Source: a virus. From it: a stretch of DNA of 64,000 nt. Positions 55,330 to 64,000 of this stretch are shown here, piece after piece (position 1 is the first letter of the stretch; each line of letters opens with the position of its first letter). The position numbers and the translations under genes are program-made. The DNA lies in IMG/VR virus record IMGVR_UViG_3300032284_002843, positions 1-64,000 of that record. The stretch is one strand, 5' to 3'. The notes beneath the pieces were generated by a model. That model worked only from the letters and a program-made list of their open reading frames with translations, was not told the DNA's origin and did not search any database.

Positions 55330-56346
55330 ATGGATAATCAAGTAGAAAATCCTTGGATATTTCTAACTGGTGCATCAGGATATATAGGAAGTCATCTCAG
55401 TGCTGAACTGAAATCTCGCACTTCCTATAATCTTATGCAAATTGATCAACGAGCAAAATTATTACCACATACTACAAGATTTTGTGATATTTTTGCCGAT
55501 GAAGATTTTGCCAGCCCGCTGGTTCTAAGTTCTATTATGCAATATCGACCAGAAACTGTAATACATCTAGCAGCCAGCAGTACCATTGGACCGGGACAAA
55601 GCGATCCCTTGAAATACTGGAAGAATAACGTATCACGTACAATAAAATTAATTCATGCCTGTGTAGATGCCGGTGTGAAAAACTTTATTTTTGCCAGCAC
55701 CAGCAGTGTATATGGCAACAACGGCACTGCAGAATCTTCTGAAATTGAACCAATAACTGCCTATGCCAGAACAAAATATGCAATTGAAATGGCGTTGGCA
55801 GATTGCTGGCACAGTCATAGACTGAATAGCTTGAGTTTTCGATTTTTCAATGCTGCCGGTGCACATCATTTTCACGACCTGGGAGAGTTGTACGGATCTT
55901 CGCATTTAGTTGCCAAAATTATGGAAGCAATTATTCACCAGAATACATTAACAGTATATGGAAGAGATTACCACACTACTGATGGTACTGCTATAAGAGA
56001 TTACACACATGTACTGGATATTGTTGACGCAATTATACTTGGTATAGAATGGCTTAAATCTGGAAAAGGATATCATAAAATAAATCTTGGCAGCGGAACT
56101 GGTTATTCAGTTCAAGAGGTAATTGATCAAACCGAACATCTATTTAATCTAGCTGTTCCATATAGATACGGGGATCGTAGAGATGGAGATAGTGAACGGC
56201 GAACAGCTAATATATCTTTGGCTAAGGAAATGTTAAATTGGACGCCAACTAGAAATCTTGATGATATCTTAAGAGATTCATATAAGTGGTATTCTAGTAA
56301 CACATACAAAGACCTATATGCAAAAAAGATATGGTATGACAACTAA
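55330..56346 (+). CDS. galE: UDP-glucose 4-epimerase
   Basis: TGASGYIGSH, HLAA, YARTK (YxxxK), FRFFNAAGA, DGT.IRDY.HV.D. Confidence 0.92.
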   Translation: MDNQVENPWIFLTGASGYIGSHLSAELKSRTSYNLMQIDQRAKLLPHTTRFCDIFADEDFASPLVLSSIMQYRPETVIHLAASSTIGPGQSDPLKYWKNNVSRTIKLIHACVDAGVKNFIFASTSSVYGNNGTAESSEIEPITAYARTKYAIEMALADCWHSHRLNSLSFRFFNAAGAHHFHDLGELYGSSHLVAKIMEAIIHQNTLTVYGRDYHTTDGTAIRDYTHVLDIVDAIILGIEWLKSGKGYHKINLGSGTGYSVQEVIDQTEHLFNLAVPYRYGDRRDGDSERRTANISLAKEMLNWTPTRNLDDILRDSYKWYSSNTYKDLYAKKIWYDN

Positions 56347-56397
56347 AATTAGTGCTTGCTGCACTAATATTTTACAATAAGTTGTTAGGAGTTAAGT

Positions 56398-59115
56398 ATG
56401 TATATTGATGCGTTTTTAGAAAGAGAAAAGAACACAATTTTAGTTGTTGAAAGAGATAAGAATGGCAAAAGAGCATTCAACAACTTTTCCACAAAATATG
56501 TTGTATATTGGCCAAGTCCCAGAGGCAAATATCCAAATATCTACGGTGAACTTTGTGAAAAATTTCAAACATCAAAAATAAAAGAGTTTCAACGTGAGGT
56601 AAATGTATTACCTAAGGTAAAACTACATGAAAGTGACATAAATCCAATTTTCCGTTGTCTATATGACAACTATAAAGGACTACCTGTTCCCAATTTGCAT
56701 GTGGCGTTCTTTGATATTGAAACTGACTTTGATCCGGCACGCGGCTTTTCAACACCCGATGACGCATTTAATCCTATCACAGCCATTTCGGTATATCTGA
56801 ATTGGCTTGATAGAAATTTTACATTGGTTATTAAACCAAAAGGCATGAGTGTAGAAGACGCACAAGCAATATGTGAAAAATTTGAAGATACTGTGCTTTG
56901 CAGTGACGAAAAAGAATTATTAGATATGTTCTTACGTCTCATTGAGGATGCAGACATAATGAGCGGGTGGAATTCAGAAGGGTTCGATATACCTTATATC
57001 CATAATCGTATCGTACAAATCCTAGGTAAAGAAGAAACTAGACGTCTATGTCTTTGGGGTAAGTTCCCTAAAAAACGTGAATATGAGGCATACGGAAGAT
57101 TAACTACAACTTACGATACAGTCGGAAGAATTCATCTAGACTATTTGCAACTTTATAGAAAGAATACATACCACGAAATGCATAGTTATAGACTTGATTT
57201 CGTAGGAGAATATGAAGTTGGTGAAAAGAAGGTTCCATATGAAGGCAGTCTAGATAGATTGTACAACAACGATTTTGCTAAATTCATTGAATATAATAGA
57301 CAAGACGTTATGCTGCTTGTTAAGATTGACAGAAAGAATAAATTCATTGAACTAGCTAACAATCTAGCACATGAAAACTGTGTGTTGCTGCAAACTACCA
57401 TGGGCGCAGTGGCTCTTATTGACCAAGCGATTGTAAACGAAGCACACGATCTGGGATTTGTTGTACCAAACAGACAACGAACCGATGATAACCGCGATGA
57501 TGAAGAAAATAAACATTCAAACAGCGTTGTTGGTGCTTATGTGGCAGATCCCAAAGAAGGTGTGCATAAATGGATAGGTGGCGTTGATATTAACAGTCTA
57601 TATCCAAGTTGTATTCGTGCACTCAACATGAGTCCAGAAACAGTAGTTGGACATATTCGTCCAGAGCATACTGAAAAGCTTATAGAAAAACGCATCAAGC
57701 TTGAAAAGAAAAGCTTTGCAGATGCATGGAATGCACAGTTCGGAACACTAGAATATTCGCAGGTAATGAATCAAGACATAACTCCTGTGACTATAGATTT
57801 TGAAGATGGTTCAGTCGTTACTGTAAGTGCCAGTGATGTTTATGATCTAGTCTTTAAATCTGGCAAGCCTTACATACTAAGTGCCAACGGTACTATCTTT
57901 ACTATGGAAAGAGATGGTATTATTCCACATTTGTTGTCCAGATGGTATGCTGAACGTAAGCAACTTCAAGCCGAAATGAAGAAATACAATGAACTTGCAG
58001 AAAATGCTCAAACAGAAGATGAAAAGAAAGAATATAAAAAGCAAGCTGCATTCTATGATCAAAGGCAGTTGATTAAAAAGATTCTTCTAAACAGCTTGTA
58101 CGGCGCCGTTGGTAATCCAGGAAGCAGATTCTTTGATCCACGTATTGCACAAAGCGTAACATTAAGCGGGCGCTGCATCGTCAAGCACATGCAAAGCAAG
58201 ATTAATGAAATTATAACAGGTGATTATAATCATCTTGGATTAGCTAATATATACGGCGATACAGACTCTGGTTATTTCTCGGCATATCCAGTAATGAAAG
58301 ATCAACCAGAGTTTTCTAATTTTGAGTGGACTAAAGAGAATGTTGTAGAGCTGTATGATCAAATAGGTAACCTAACTAATCAAAGCTTTCCTGAATTTAT
58401 GAGATCTGCATTTAATTGTCCAGAAAAGAATGGAGCTATTATTAGAGCAGCCAGAGAATTATGTGCATCAAGTGGGTTATTCATCACTAAGAAAAGGTAC
58501 GGCGTTCTTATCTATGACAAGGAAGGCAAGCGCAAAGACACCAATGGTAAAGCTGGTGAAATTAAGGCTATGGGTCTTGATCTCAAGAGATCAGATACTC
58601 CTAAAGTAGTGCAGGACTTTTTGAGTGAATTGCTAGTAGACGTATTAACGGAAAAGTCTGAAGATGAAATACAAAACAAAATCAAAGCATTTCGTAAAGA
58701 GTTCAGATCATGGCCAAGTTGGATTAAAGGATCACCAAAACGTGCTAATAAAATCACACATTTTGAAGGTTTAATGTCATCCACTCCGTCTGCTACTGTC
58801 CCAGGACATGTTAGAGCTAGTATTAACTGGAATAGTCTCAAAAAGATTTATAACGATCACTATTCTATGCCTATACAAGATGGATTTAAGGTAATTGTTT
58901 GCAAACTAAGACCTAATCCAACTGGCCTAACAAGTGTTGCTTATCCAGTTGATGAGCTTAATCTTCCAACATGGTTTAAAGAATTACCCTTTGATGACGA
59001 TGCTATGGAAGAAGCACTTATAGATAAAAAGGTCGGAAATCTACTTGGTGTGCTCAAGTGGGATCTTGACAAGAACAAAGATAACAACAGTTTTGATGAT
59101 TTATTCAAATTTTAG
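56398..59115 (+). CDS. Family B DNA polymerase
   Basis: FDIETD, GWNSEGFDIPY exonuclease motifs; DINSLYPS, KILLNSLYG, YGDTDS, KKRY. Confidence 0.97.
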   Translation: MYIDAFLEREKNTILVVERDKNGKRAFNNFSTKYVVYWPSPRGKYPNIYGELCEKFQTSKIKEFQREVNVLPKVKLHESDINPIFRCLYDNYKGLPVPNLHVAFFDIETDFDPARGFSTPDDAFNPITAISVYLNWLDRNFTLVIKPKGMSVEDAQAICEKFEDTVLCSDEKELLDMFLRLIEDADIMSGWNSEGFDIPYIHNRIVQILGKEETRRLCLWGKFPKKREYEAYGRLTTTYDTVGRIHLDYLQLYRKNTYHEMHSYRLDFVGEYEVGEKKVPYEGSLDRLYNNDFAKFIEYNRQDVMLLVKIDRKNKFIELANNLAHENCVLLQTTMGAVALIDQAIVNEAHDLGFVVPNRQRTDDNRDDEENKHSNSVVGAYVADPKEGVHKWIGGVDINSLYPSCIRALNMSPETVVGHIRPEHTEKLIEKRIKLEKKSFADAWNAQFGTLEYSQVMNQDITPVTIDFEDGSVVTVSASDVYDLVFKSGKPYILSANGTIFTMERDGIIPHLLSRWYAERKQLQAEMKKYNELAENAQTEDEKKEYKKQAAFYDQRQLIKKILLNSLYGAVGNPGSRFFDPRIAQSVTLSGRCIVKHMQSKINEIITGDYNHLGLANIYGDTDSGYFSAYPVMKDQPEFSNFEWTKENVVELYDQIGNLTNQSFPEFMRSAFNCPEKNGAIIRAARELCASSGLFITKKRYGVLIYDKEGKRKDTNGKAGEIKAMGLDLKRSDTPKVVQDFLSELLVDVLTEKSEDEIQNKIKAFRKEFRSWPSWIKGSPKRANKITHFEGLMSSTPSATVPGHVRASINWNSLKKIYNDHYSMPIQDGFKVIVCKLRPNPTGLTSVAYPVDELNLPTWFKELPFDDDAMEEALIDKKVGNLLGVLKWDLDKNKDNNSFDDLFKF

Positions 59116-59126
59116 GAGGAAAAATA

Positions 59127-59327
59127 ATGGCATTAAAGACTAGCGCATATTCACCAGAAGAATTAAAGATTCTTGTTGACGCACTCAACAGTGCCCCGGC
59201 ATATTTGTCTAAGCGGTTTATTTTAAAGAATCTATGCGGTTGGAGCGATGAAATGATCGCATCAAATGTTAGGATGAAAAATGAAGAATTGAACATGATG
59301 CAACAAGGAGATAAGGTATGGCGATAA
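59127..59327 (+). CDS. 66-aa mini-protein resembling the C-terminal part of T4-like portal proteins
   Basis: AGGAGG RBS; YLSKRFILKNLCGWSDEMI...KNEE. Confidence 0.65.
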   Translation: MALKTSAYSPEELKILVDALNSAPAYLSKRFILKNLCGWSDEMIASNVRMKNEELNMMQQGDKVWR

Positions 59328-60061
59328 AAGACAATTTTAAAGACTTGACTACATATGTAGCAAGTACTGGGTTTTTTGATAAAATAAAGATTACTTCCAG
59401 CAGCAAAGAGACTCTAATAGAGTCTATGGACAAAGGCAAGGAAGTTATCCTCAAGGGGCAATTTAACAAGCCAATAGATGACTTAGAAGGAGAATTTGGT
59501 CTAAGCAACCTATCTTTGTTGCAGACCATAACAAACGACCCAGAATTTCAAGCTAAAGAAAGCACAATGACTGTTGTCTATGAAAACAAAGCCGAAGGTA
59601 AGGTTCCAACTGAACTGGCTTATGAAAATAAGAGCCACAGCCATATTAACTATAGATTTATGGCCAAACAACTGGTACCTGATCAGCCAAAGTTTAATGA
59701 ACCCAAGTGGGATGTAGTAATTGCTCCGAGTAAGAGCAATGTTCAGCAGTTTACCTGGGCAGCAAATGGTCTAGCTGCATATGAACAGTATTTTATTCCT
59801 CGCATAGTAGATGGCACTCTTAAGTTCTTTATTGGTGAAGACAGCGCTAGCACTCAACGCGGCGGTGTAGTATTTTCTACAGATAGAACAGAGAAATTTG
59901 ACGGTGATCATAAGTGGAAAATTCAATTGGTGCAATCTGTGCTAAAGATTGGAGATAGCTGTGATTGCGAAATGAGTTTTAGTTCAAAAGGTGCTATTCA
60001 AATAAAACTTGATACAGGAATAGCCACTTACAAATATATATTTCCTGCAAAATTGCGCTAA
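59318..60061 (+). CDS. Putative sliding clamp (gp45-like)
   Basis: 247 aa next to polymerase; GEFGL.NL and Y.YIFPA patterns; largely positional inference. Confidence 0.6.
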   Translation: MAIKDNFKDLTTYVASTGFFDKIKITSSSKETLIESMDKGKEVILKGQFNKPIDDLEGEFGLSNLSLLQTITNDPEFQAKESTMTVVYENKAEGKVPTELAYENKSHSHINYRFMAKQLVPDQPKFNEPKWDVVIAPSKSNVQQFTWAANGLAAYEQYFIPRIVDGTLKFFIGEDSASTQRGGVVFSTDRTEKFDGDHKWKIQLVQSVLKIGDSCDCEMSFSSKGAIQIKLDTGIATYKYIFPAKLR

Positions 60062-60067
60062 TAGAAG

Positions 60068-60098
60068 AAACCCAGCTAAACAGCTGGGTTTATCTTTT
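60068..60098 (+). terminator. Intrinsic terminator
   Basis: aaacccagct-aaac-agctgggttt-atctttt. Confidence 0.75.
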
Positions 60099-60124
60099 CC
60101 CAATCGGATTTAAATAATCGTGAG

Positions 60125-60322
60125 ATGAGAAAAGATAGAAAAATAAAATTTTACCTTGGGGTAATTAAATCAACACTTATAAATGTAGCAAGTAAAAAGA
60201 CCTTTTGGATCTTTTTAATTACTATTCTAACCAGCTGTGGCTTAAATTTAGATGACGATTCATCTAATATCTTACAAGATATTGGACAAATCATTTTCAA
60301 AATACTGTCCAAAATAATGTGA
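60125..60322 (+). CDS. Small membrane protein
   Basis: One TM segment; TAAATA upstream. Confidence 0.5.
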   Translation: MRKDRKIKFYLGVIKSTLINVASKKTFWIFLITILTSCGLNLDDDSSNILQDIGQIIFKILSKIM

Positions 60323-60410
60323 CATTTTTGTCATATGTTTAAAAAAATCACAAAATAAATTGTAGCTTCTTGTATATGCTGTTATCATCTTTACAGTGAA
60401 GGAGATAACA

Positions 60411-60839
60411 ATGCAAGGCGTAAACGACACTAAAATGATATGGGTAACCTTTCAAAAAGAAGGTATACACAAATATCCCGCTGCTAGCAGTGATCCAATG
60501 TTGGCAACAAATGATGAATATGATGTTAGCTTTTTAGGCTATCCACATAGACACATTTTTCATTTTAAAGTCTGGATTGAAGTTACGCACGACGACAGAG
60601 ATATCGAGTTTATTCAATTTAAACGTTGGTTAGAAAAGCTATATGCTGAAAAAACCCTAGCACTGGACTATAAAAGCTGCGAAATGATTGCCAATGACTT
60701 GTATGATCAGATCTCCAATAGATATCCAAATAGAGATGTATGGATCGACGTTAGTGAAGATGGTGAGAATGGTGCATTCCTTACTTGGACAAAAGATACC
60801 ACTGTTGATTTAAGCAAATTTGGAATATCAACACAGTAA
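60411..60839 (+). CDS. QueD/6-pyruvoyltetrahydropterin synthase-like (T-fold) protein
   Basis: EG.H.YP, HRH.FHF, DRDIEF, SCE.IA, VSEDGENG. Confidence 0.7.
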   Translation: MQGVNDTKMIWVTFQKEGIHKYPAASSDPMLATNDEYDVSFLGYPHRHIFHFKVWIEVTHDDRDIEFIQFKRWLEKLYAEKTLALDYKSCEMIANDLYDQISNRYPNRDVWIDVSEDGENGAFLTWTKDTTVDLSKFGISTQ

Positions 60840-60845
60840 AGTCAT

Positions 60846-61088
60846 ATGTCCTATCAAGCTAAATGCACAATCTACAAACCTATTCCGATTTTTAAAACGG
60901 AATATAGCAGAGGTCCACTTTGGACAGAACTATTAAGATTCAACCTAGATTTTAATGACACATTTAAAGAATGGATGACAAACAACCTTAAAGGTTCATG
61001 TACAATAGTAGACTATACAGATCAAATGGCTATTCTAGAGTTTGAGCTACAGGAAGATTTTGCTTTATTCAACTTAACATGGCGGTAA
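60846..61088 (+). CDS. Hypothetical protein
   Basis: C-terminal FE..EDFALFNLTW pattern. Confidence 0.55.
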   Translation: MSYQAKCTIYKPIPIFKTEYSRGPLWTELLRFNLDFNDTFKEWMTNNLKGSCTIVDYTDQMAILEFELQEDFALFNLTWR

Positions 61089-61090
61089 AA

Positions 61091-62269
61091 ATGAGAAAAT
61101 TAATTTATATGGGTTTGGAGTCATATGAATCAAGATATACACTTCAATTAACAGATTGGACTAAACGTGTACTTGATCGAAGAGGAGTTGATTATGTTAT
61201 TGTTCCAGGCGAGAATCTGGACAATTCTGGTGCAATCATAACAGGACAGGTTCTGGATGCACATGGTAGAAGTTATTTCTCTATGAGCCAGATGATGAAC
61301 TTGGTTAAAATGATGCGTCGCGGAGAAGTCACCGGCGAAGATGTTATATTATTTGAAGACATGTTTAGTCCTGGTATTGAGAGCCTTCCATATATTATCA
61401 ATCAGATTCCAACCCATTTACGTCCTAAAATTTATGTAAGATGTTTGGCACAGACGGTCGACCCTGACGACTTTGTTCATGTATGGAATATGGATAAATG
61501 GATGAGTCTTTATGAAAAAATGTGCAATGAATTTGTCACTGGCATATTGGCTACCAATGAAGAAATGGTAGCACATATGAAAATTGCTGGTTGGCAGGCT
61601 CCAATCTATAATATCAGCGGATTAAGTTTTGGCAAAAAAGAAGTACAAGAACGCATCGGCGGAGTAAAAAATATCAAGCCATTTGCTAACAGAACTATGC
61701 GTGTGGCATTTGCGGCTAGATTTGACCAAGAAAAACAACCTGAGTTTTTTATGGATTTAATCAGTAGAGTAAAATCTAAGAGATCTGATGTTATTTTTAG
61801 TGTATTCAGTGGTGGACCATTAAGAAGTAATGCACCCGAATCTCTATCTAGAGCACGAGCAATGGCAACAGATGGCAAACTTGAAATAAATGAAAACTTG
61901 TCTAAAAATCAGTATTATAATTTACTAAACGATACCAGAGTATTGTTTAATTGTGCATTGCAGGATTGGGTTAGTAATACCGTATCAGAAGCTGACAGTC
62001 TTGGTGCAAATGTATTATATCCTGCATATAGATCATTTCCTGAGACTTTTGCCAATGATGCTGATAGGCTTTATATTCCTTGGAGCTTAGATGATGCAGA
62101 ATCAAAGCTAAATGAATTGTTGAATAAACCACATGCTAAACAAGGTCAAATTAGCGATTGGAATGACAAGACAATTGATAGAATTATTGACATTGTAAGC
62201 GGAAATGGCCAACAATGGCTTAGAAACACCGTAGACTATAGACAACACACTAGAGTGAGCAAATATTAA
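61091..62269 (+). CDS. GT-B (GT4-like) glycosyltransferase
   Basis: FAARFDQEKQP, Y..LL, EA...G...YP..SFPE. Confidence 0.75.
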   Translation: MRKLIYMGLESYESRYTLQLTDWTKRVLDRRGVDYVIVPGENLDNSGAIITGQVLDAHGRSYFSMSQMMNLVKMMRRGEVTGEDVILFEDMFSPGIESLPYIINQIPTHLRPKIYVRCLAQTVDPDDFVHVWNMDKWMSLYEKMCNEFVTGILATNEEMVAHMKIAGWQAPIYNISGLSFGKKEVQERIGGVKNIKPFANRTMRVAFAARFDQEKQPEFFMDLISRVKSKRSDVIFSVFSGGPLRSNAPESLSRARAMATDGKLEINENLSKNQYYNLLNDTRVLFNCALQDWVSNTVSEADSLGANVLYPAYRSFPETFANDADRLYIPWSLDDAESKLNELLNKPHAKQGQISDWNDKTIDRIIDIVSGNGQQWLRNTVDYRQHTRVSKY

Positions 62270-63855
62270 TGAGTAAAGCAAAAAAAGAGTTTAATTTTCA
62301 AGACCTTACAGAGAGCAACAAAGATTATGCAGTGTTCTTACCTAGCATAAGCAGTATCTATGTAAGATTTGTCAGCGGAAACTTTCTTGGTAAAAGAGAA
62401 AAGTTTCCAACGGGCCTGTCTAGAAACTGGGACGATCTTGATTTCTTACAGCAAAAAACTGACCTATTTAACTACAAATGGGCATTGTATAGTGCTGGCC
62501 ATGCAGAACATGATCTGGAAAAAACAGATGTTGTAGAATCTATGGTTCAGAAAAGAGATAGGTCTAAGACATTAATCGTAGGCGACAGCGGAGGATTCCA
62601 AATTGCTACAGGTGTTTTAAAATGGCCTTGGATCGCTAAGAAAAATCAAACCAATGATGAATGGAAAGGCGACCAGGACAAAATAAGAATGAATATTCTA
62701 CGCTGGCTAGAACACACAGCCGATTGGAGTATGATATTTGATTTTCCACCCGGTGGCATAGATAGATTTGGCTATGATGAAAAAACCGGAGAAGCATTAC
62801 ACCCAGGATTAAAGTCCTATGAAGATTGTCTAAAAGGCAGTATTGAGAATGCAGAATTCTTTATGAAACATAGAAAGCCCGGGGCAACTAAATTCCTAAA
62901 CGTGTTACAGGGTAGAAACCAGCAGGAAGGTGACGAATGGTGGGACATTTGTAAAGACTGGCCATTTGAAAGCTGGGCCTTTGCAAACATACAAGGACAC
63001 AGCTTAGCCCTAAATCTACGTCGTATTATCAAAATGCGCGACAGCAAATATCTTGAACCTGGCAGAGATTGGCTGCATTATCTTGGCAATGGCAAGATTT
63101 ATACAAGCTGTAATCTAACCAACATACAGAGATGTCTGAGAAAACATGTAAATCCAAATGTAACGCTGTCATATGATGCTGCAAGTCCATTTGTGATGAC
63201 AGCAAAAGGACAAATGTACGGCACATATGAAATCAGTCCAGAAAAGCTACGCTTCAAAGGTGGCTCTATTCCAGATGCTAAGGAATTAAAAGGCAGCACA
63301 GTATTACTCAAAGACTATGTTATTGAGCTTTTAGGTAAAAAGAATATTCAATCCAAAAATGAAAACGCCTTTAGCAGCATATTTGATTATGAAGAGTCAA
63401 AAAGACCATCTATAGTCGAATCATCGATTAGCAGGAAAATTACACTGGGAGATATCTGCGTAAAAGGCTACGAAGATGTTAATGGTAAAGAGATAGAAGC
63501 AACCATCGAAGCAATTCAGCAAGAAATGGGTATAATACAATGGGATAACTTCGAAACTAAACATAAAAAATATCCAAGCTCGCTAGATGGTCTTAGCTAT
63601 TTGCTATTGATGAACCACAACGTTGAATTGCATATTAAAGCATGTCAAGAAGCTTGCTATTGGATGGACCAACCAATTAATATATCAACGCAACACCTAC
63701 CAAGTGAGATACTTGAATTTAAAGACCTATGTTCTGATATCTTTACTAGCGAAAAACCAATGGATCTAATTGATAAAAATTGGCGTCTGTTAACAAATGC
63801 TAATGGGATGGATGCTTACAATGATTTATCTATTGATATCTTTAAAAAGGATTAA
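62269..63855 (+). CDS. tRNA-guanine transglycosylase-like (DpdA-type) protein
   Basis: GDSGGFQI, FD.P, LNVLQG, H.LG, SYD.ASPF TGT-like motifs; clustered with QueD-like gene. Confidence 0.7.
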   Translation: MSKAKKEFNFQDLTESNKDYAVFLPSISSIYVRFVSGNFLGKREKFPTGLSRNWDDLDFLQQKTDLFNYKWALYSAGHAEHDLEKTDVVESMVQKRDRSKTLIVGDSGGFQIATGVLKWPWIAKKNQTNDEWKGDQDKIRMNILRWLEHTADWSMIFDFPPGGIDRFGYDEKTGEALHPGLKSYEDCLKGSIENAEFFMKHRKPGATKFLNVLQGRNQQEGDEWWDICKDWPFESWAFANIQGHSLALNLRRIIKMRDSKYLEPGRDWLHYLGNGKIYTSCNLTNIQRCLRKHVNPNVTLSYDAASPFVMTAKGQMYGTYEISPEKLRFKGGSIPDAKELKGSTVLLKDYVIELLGKKNIQSKNENAFSSIFDYEESKRPSIVESSISRKITLGDICVKGYEDVNGKEIEATIEAIQQEMGIIQWDNFETKHKKYPSSLDGLSYLLLMNHNVELHIKACQEACYWMDQPINISTQHLPSEILEFKDLCSDIFTSEKPMDLIDKNWRLLTNANGMDAYNDLSIDIFKKD

Positions 63856-63858
63856 AAG

Positions 63859-64000
63859 ATGGAAAGAGATTATAGCAGTGGAACCAAATCTGATGTCACG
63901 TTCTTTGTTGGAACTGAAATAGAGCACACCCCCGCATACGGATTAAAAACTTTGTTTGTGGTCGGTACTCCGCCTGTAGATCAAATTTTAGATCATTACT
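63859..64000 (+). CDS. Partial hypothetical protein (runs off window end)
   Basis: MERDYSSG...FFVGTEIEHTPAYGLKTLFVVG. Confidence 0.65.
   Translation, partial: MERDYSSGTKSDVTFFVGTEIEHTPAYGLKTLFVVGTPPVDQILDHY

Noticed and set aside
1-64000. Genome-wide stop codon reassignment (code 15 or code 4/25)
   Set aside because: Long genes are intact in code 11, and both TAG and TGA terminate genes at sensible positions (e.g. ligase TAG, nadM TGA).

Overview
This is an AT-rich, gene-dense segment of a T4-like jumbo/huge phage genome, read in the standard code: TAA dominates and TAG and TGA are also used as normal stops. It carries a family B DNA polymerase, a putative sliding clamp, DNA ligase, UvsE, an RpoD-type sigma factor, large tail/baseplate proteins, spanins and a holin. 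Auxiliary and counter-defence genes include NAMPT+NMNAT NAD salvage, an HD hydrolase, an Acb1-like 2H phosphoesterase, Dps, SOD, heme oxygenase with a bilin reductase, ACP and SpeD. There is a 7-deazaguanine-type cluster (QueD-like, glycosyltransferase, TGT/DpdA-like), three homing endonucleases and three tRNAs. The most striking signal is a candidate stop-codon-sensing circuit. A CCA-adding enzyme gene is followed by an amber-suppressor tRNA (CUA), then by a mini-ORF whose in-frame UAG sits just upstream of an intrinsic terminator (a putative amber-readthrough attenuator). Elsewhere, an RF1-type release factor gene, missed by the ORF track, has an in-frame UGA at a conserved Trp position. Other notable items: two stand-alone mini-proteins resembling fragments of the T4 portal, a shared GGGAUAGACCC hairpin ahead of both NAD genes, two genes needing +1 frameshifts at rare Arg codons, and many apparently leaderless late genes. 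All assignments come from motif recognition by eye; no database searches were run.
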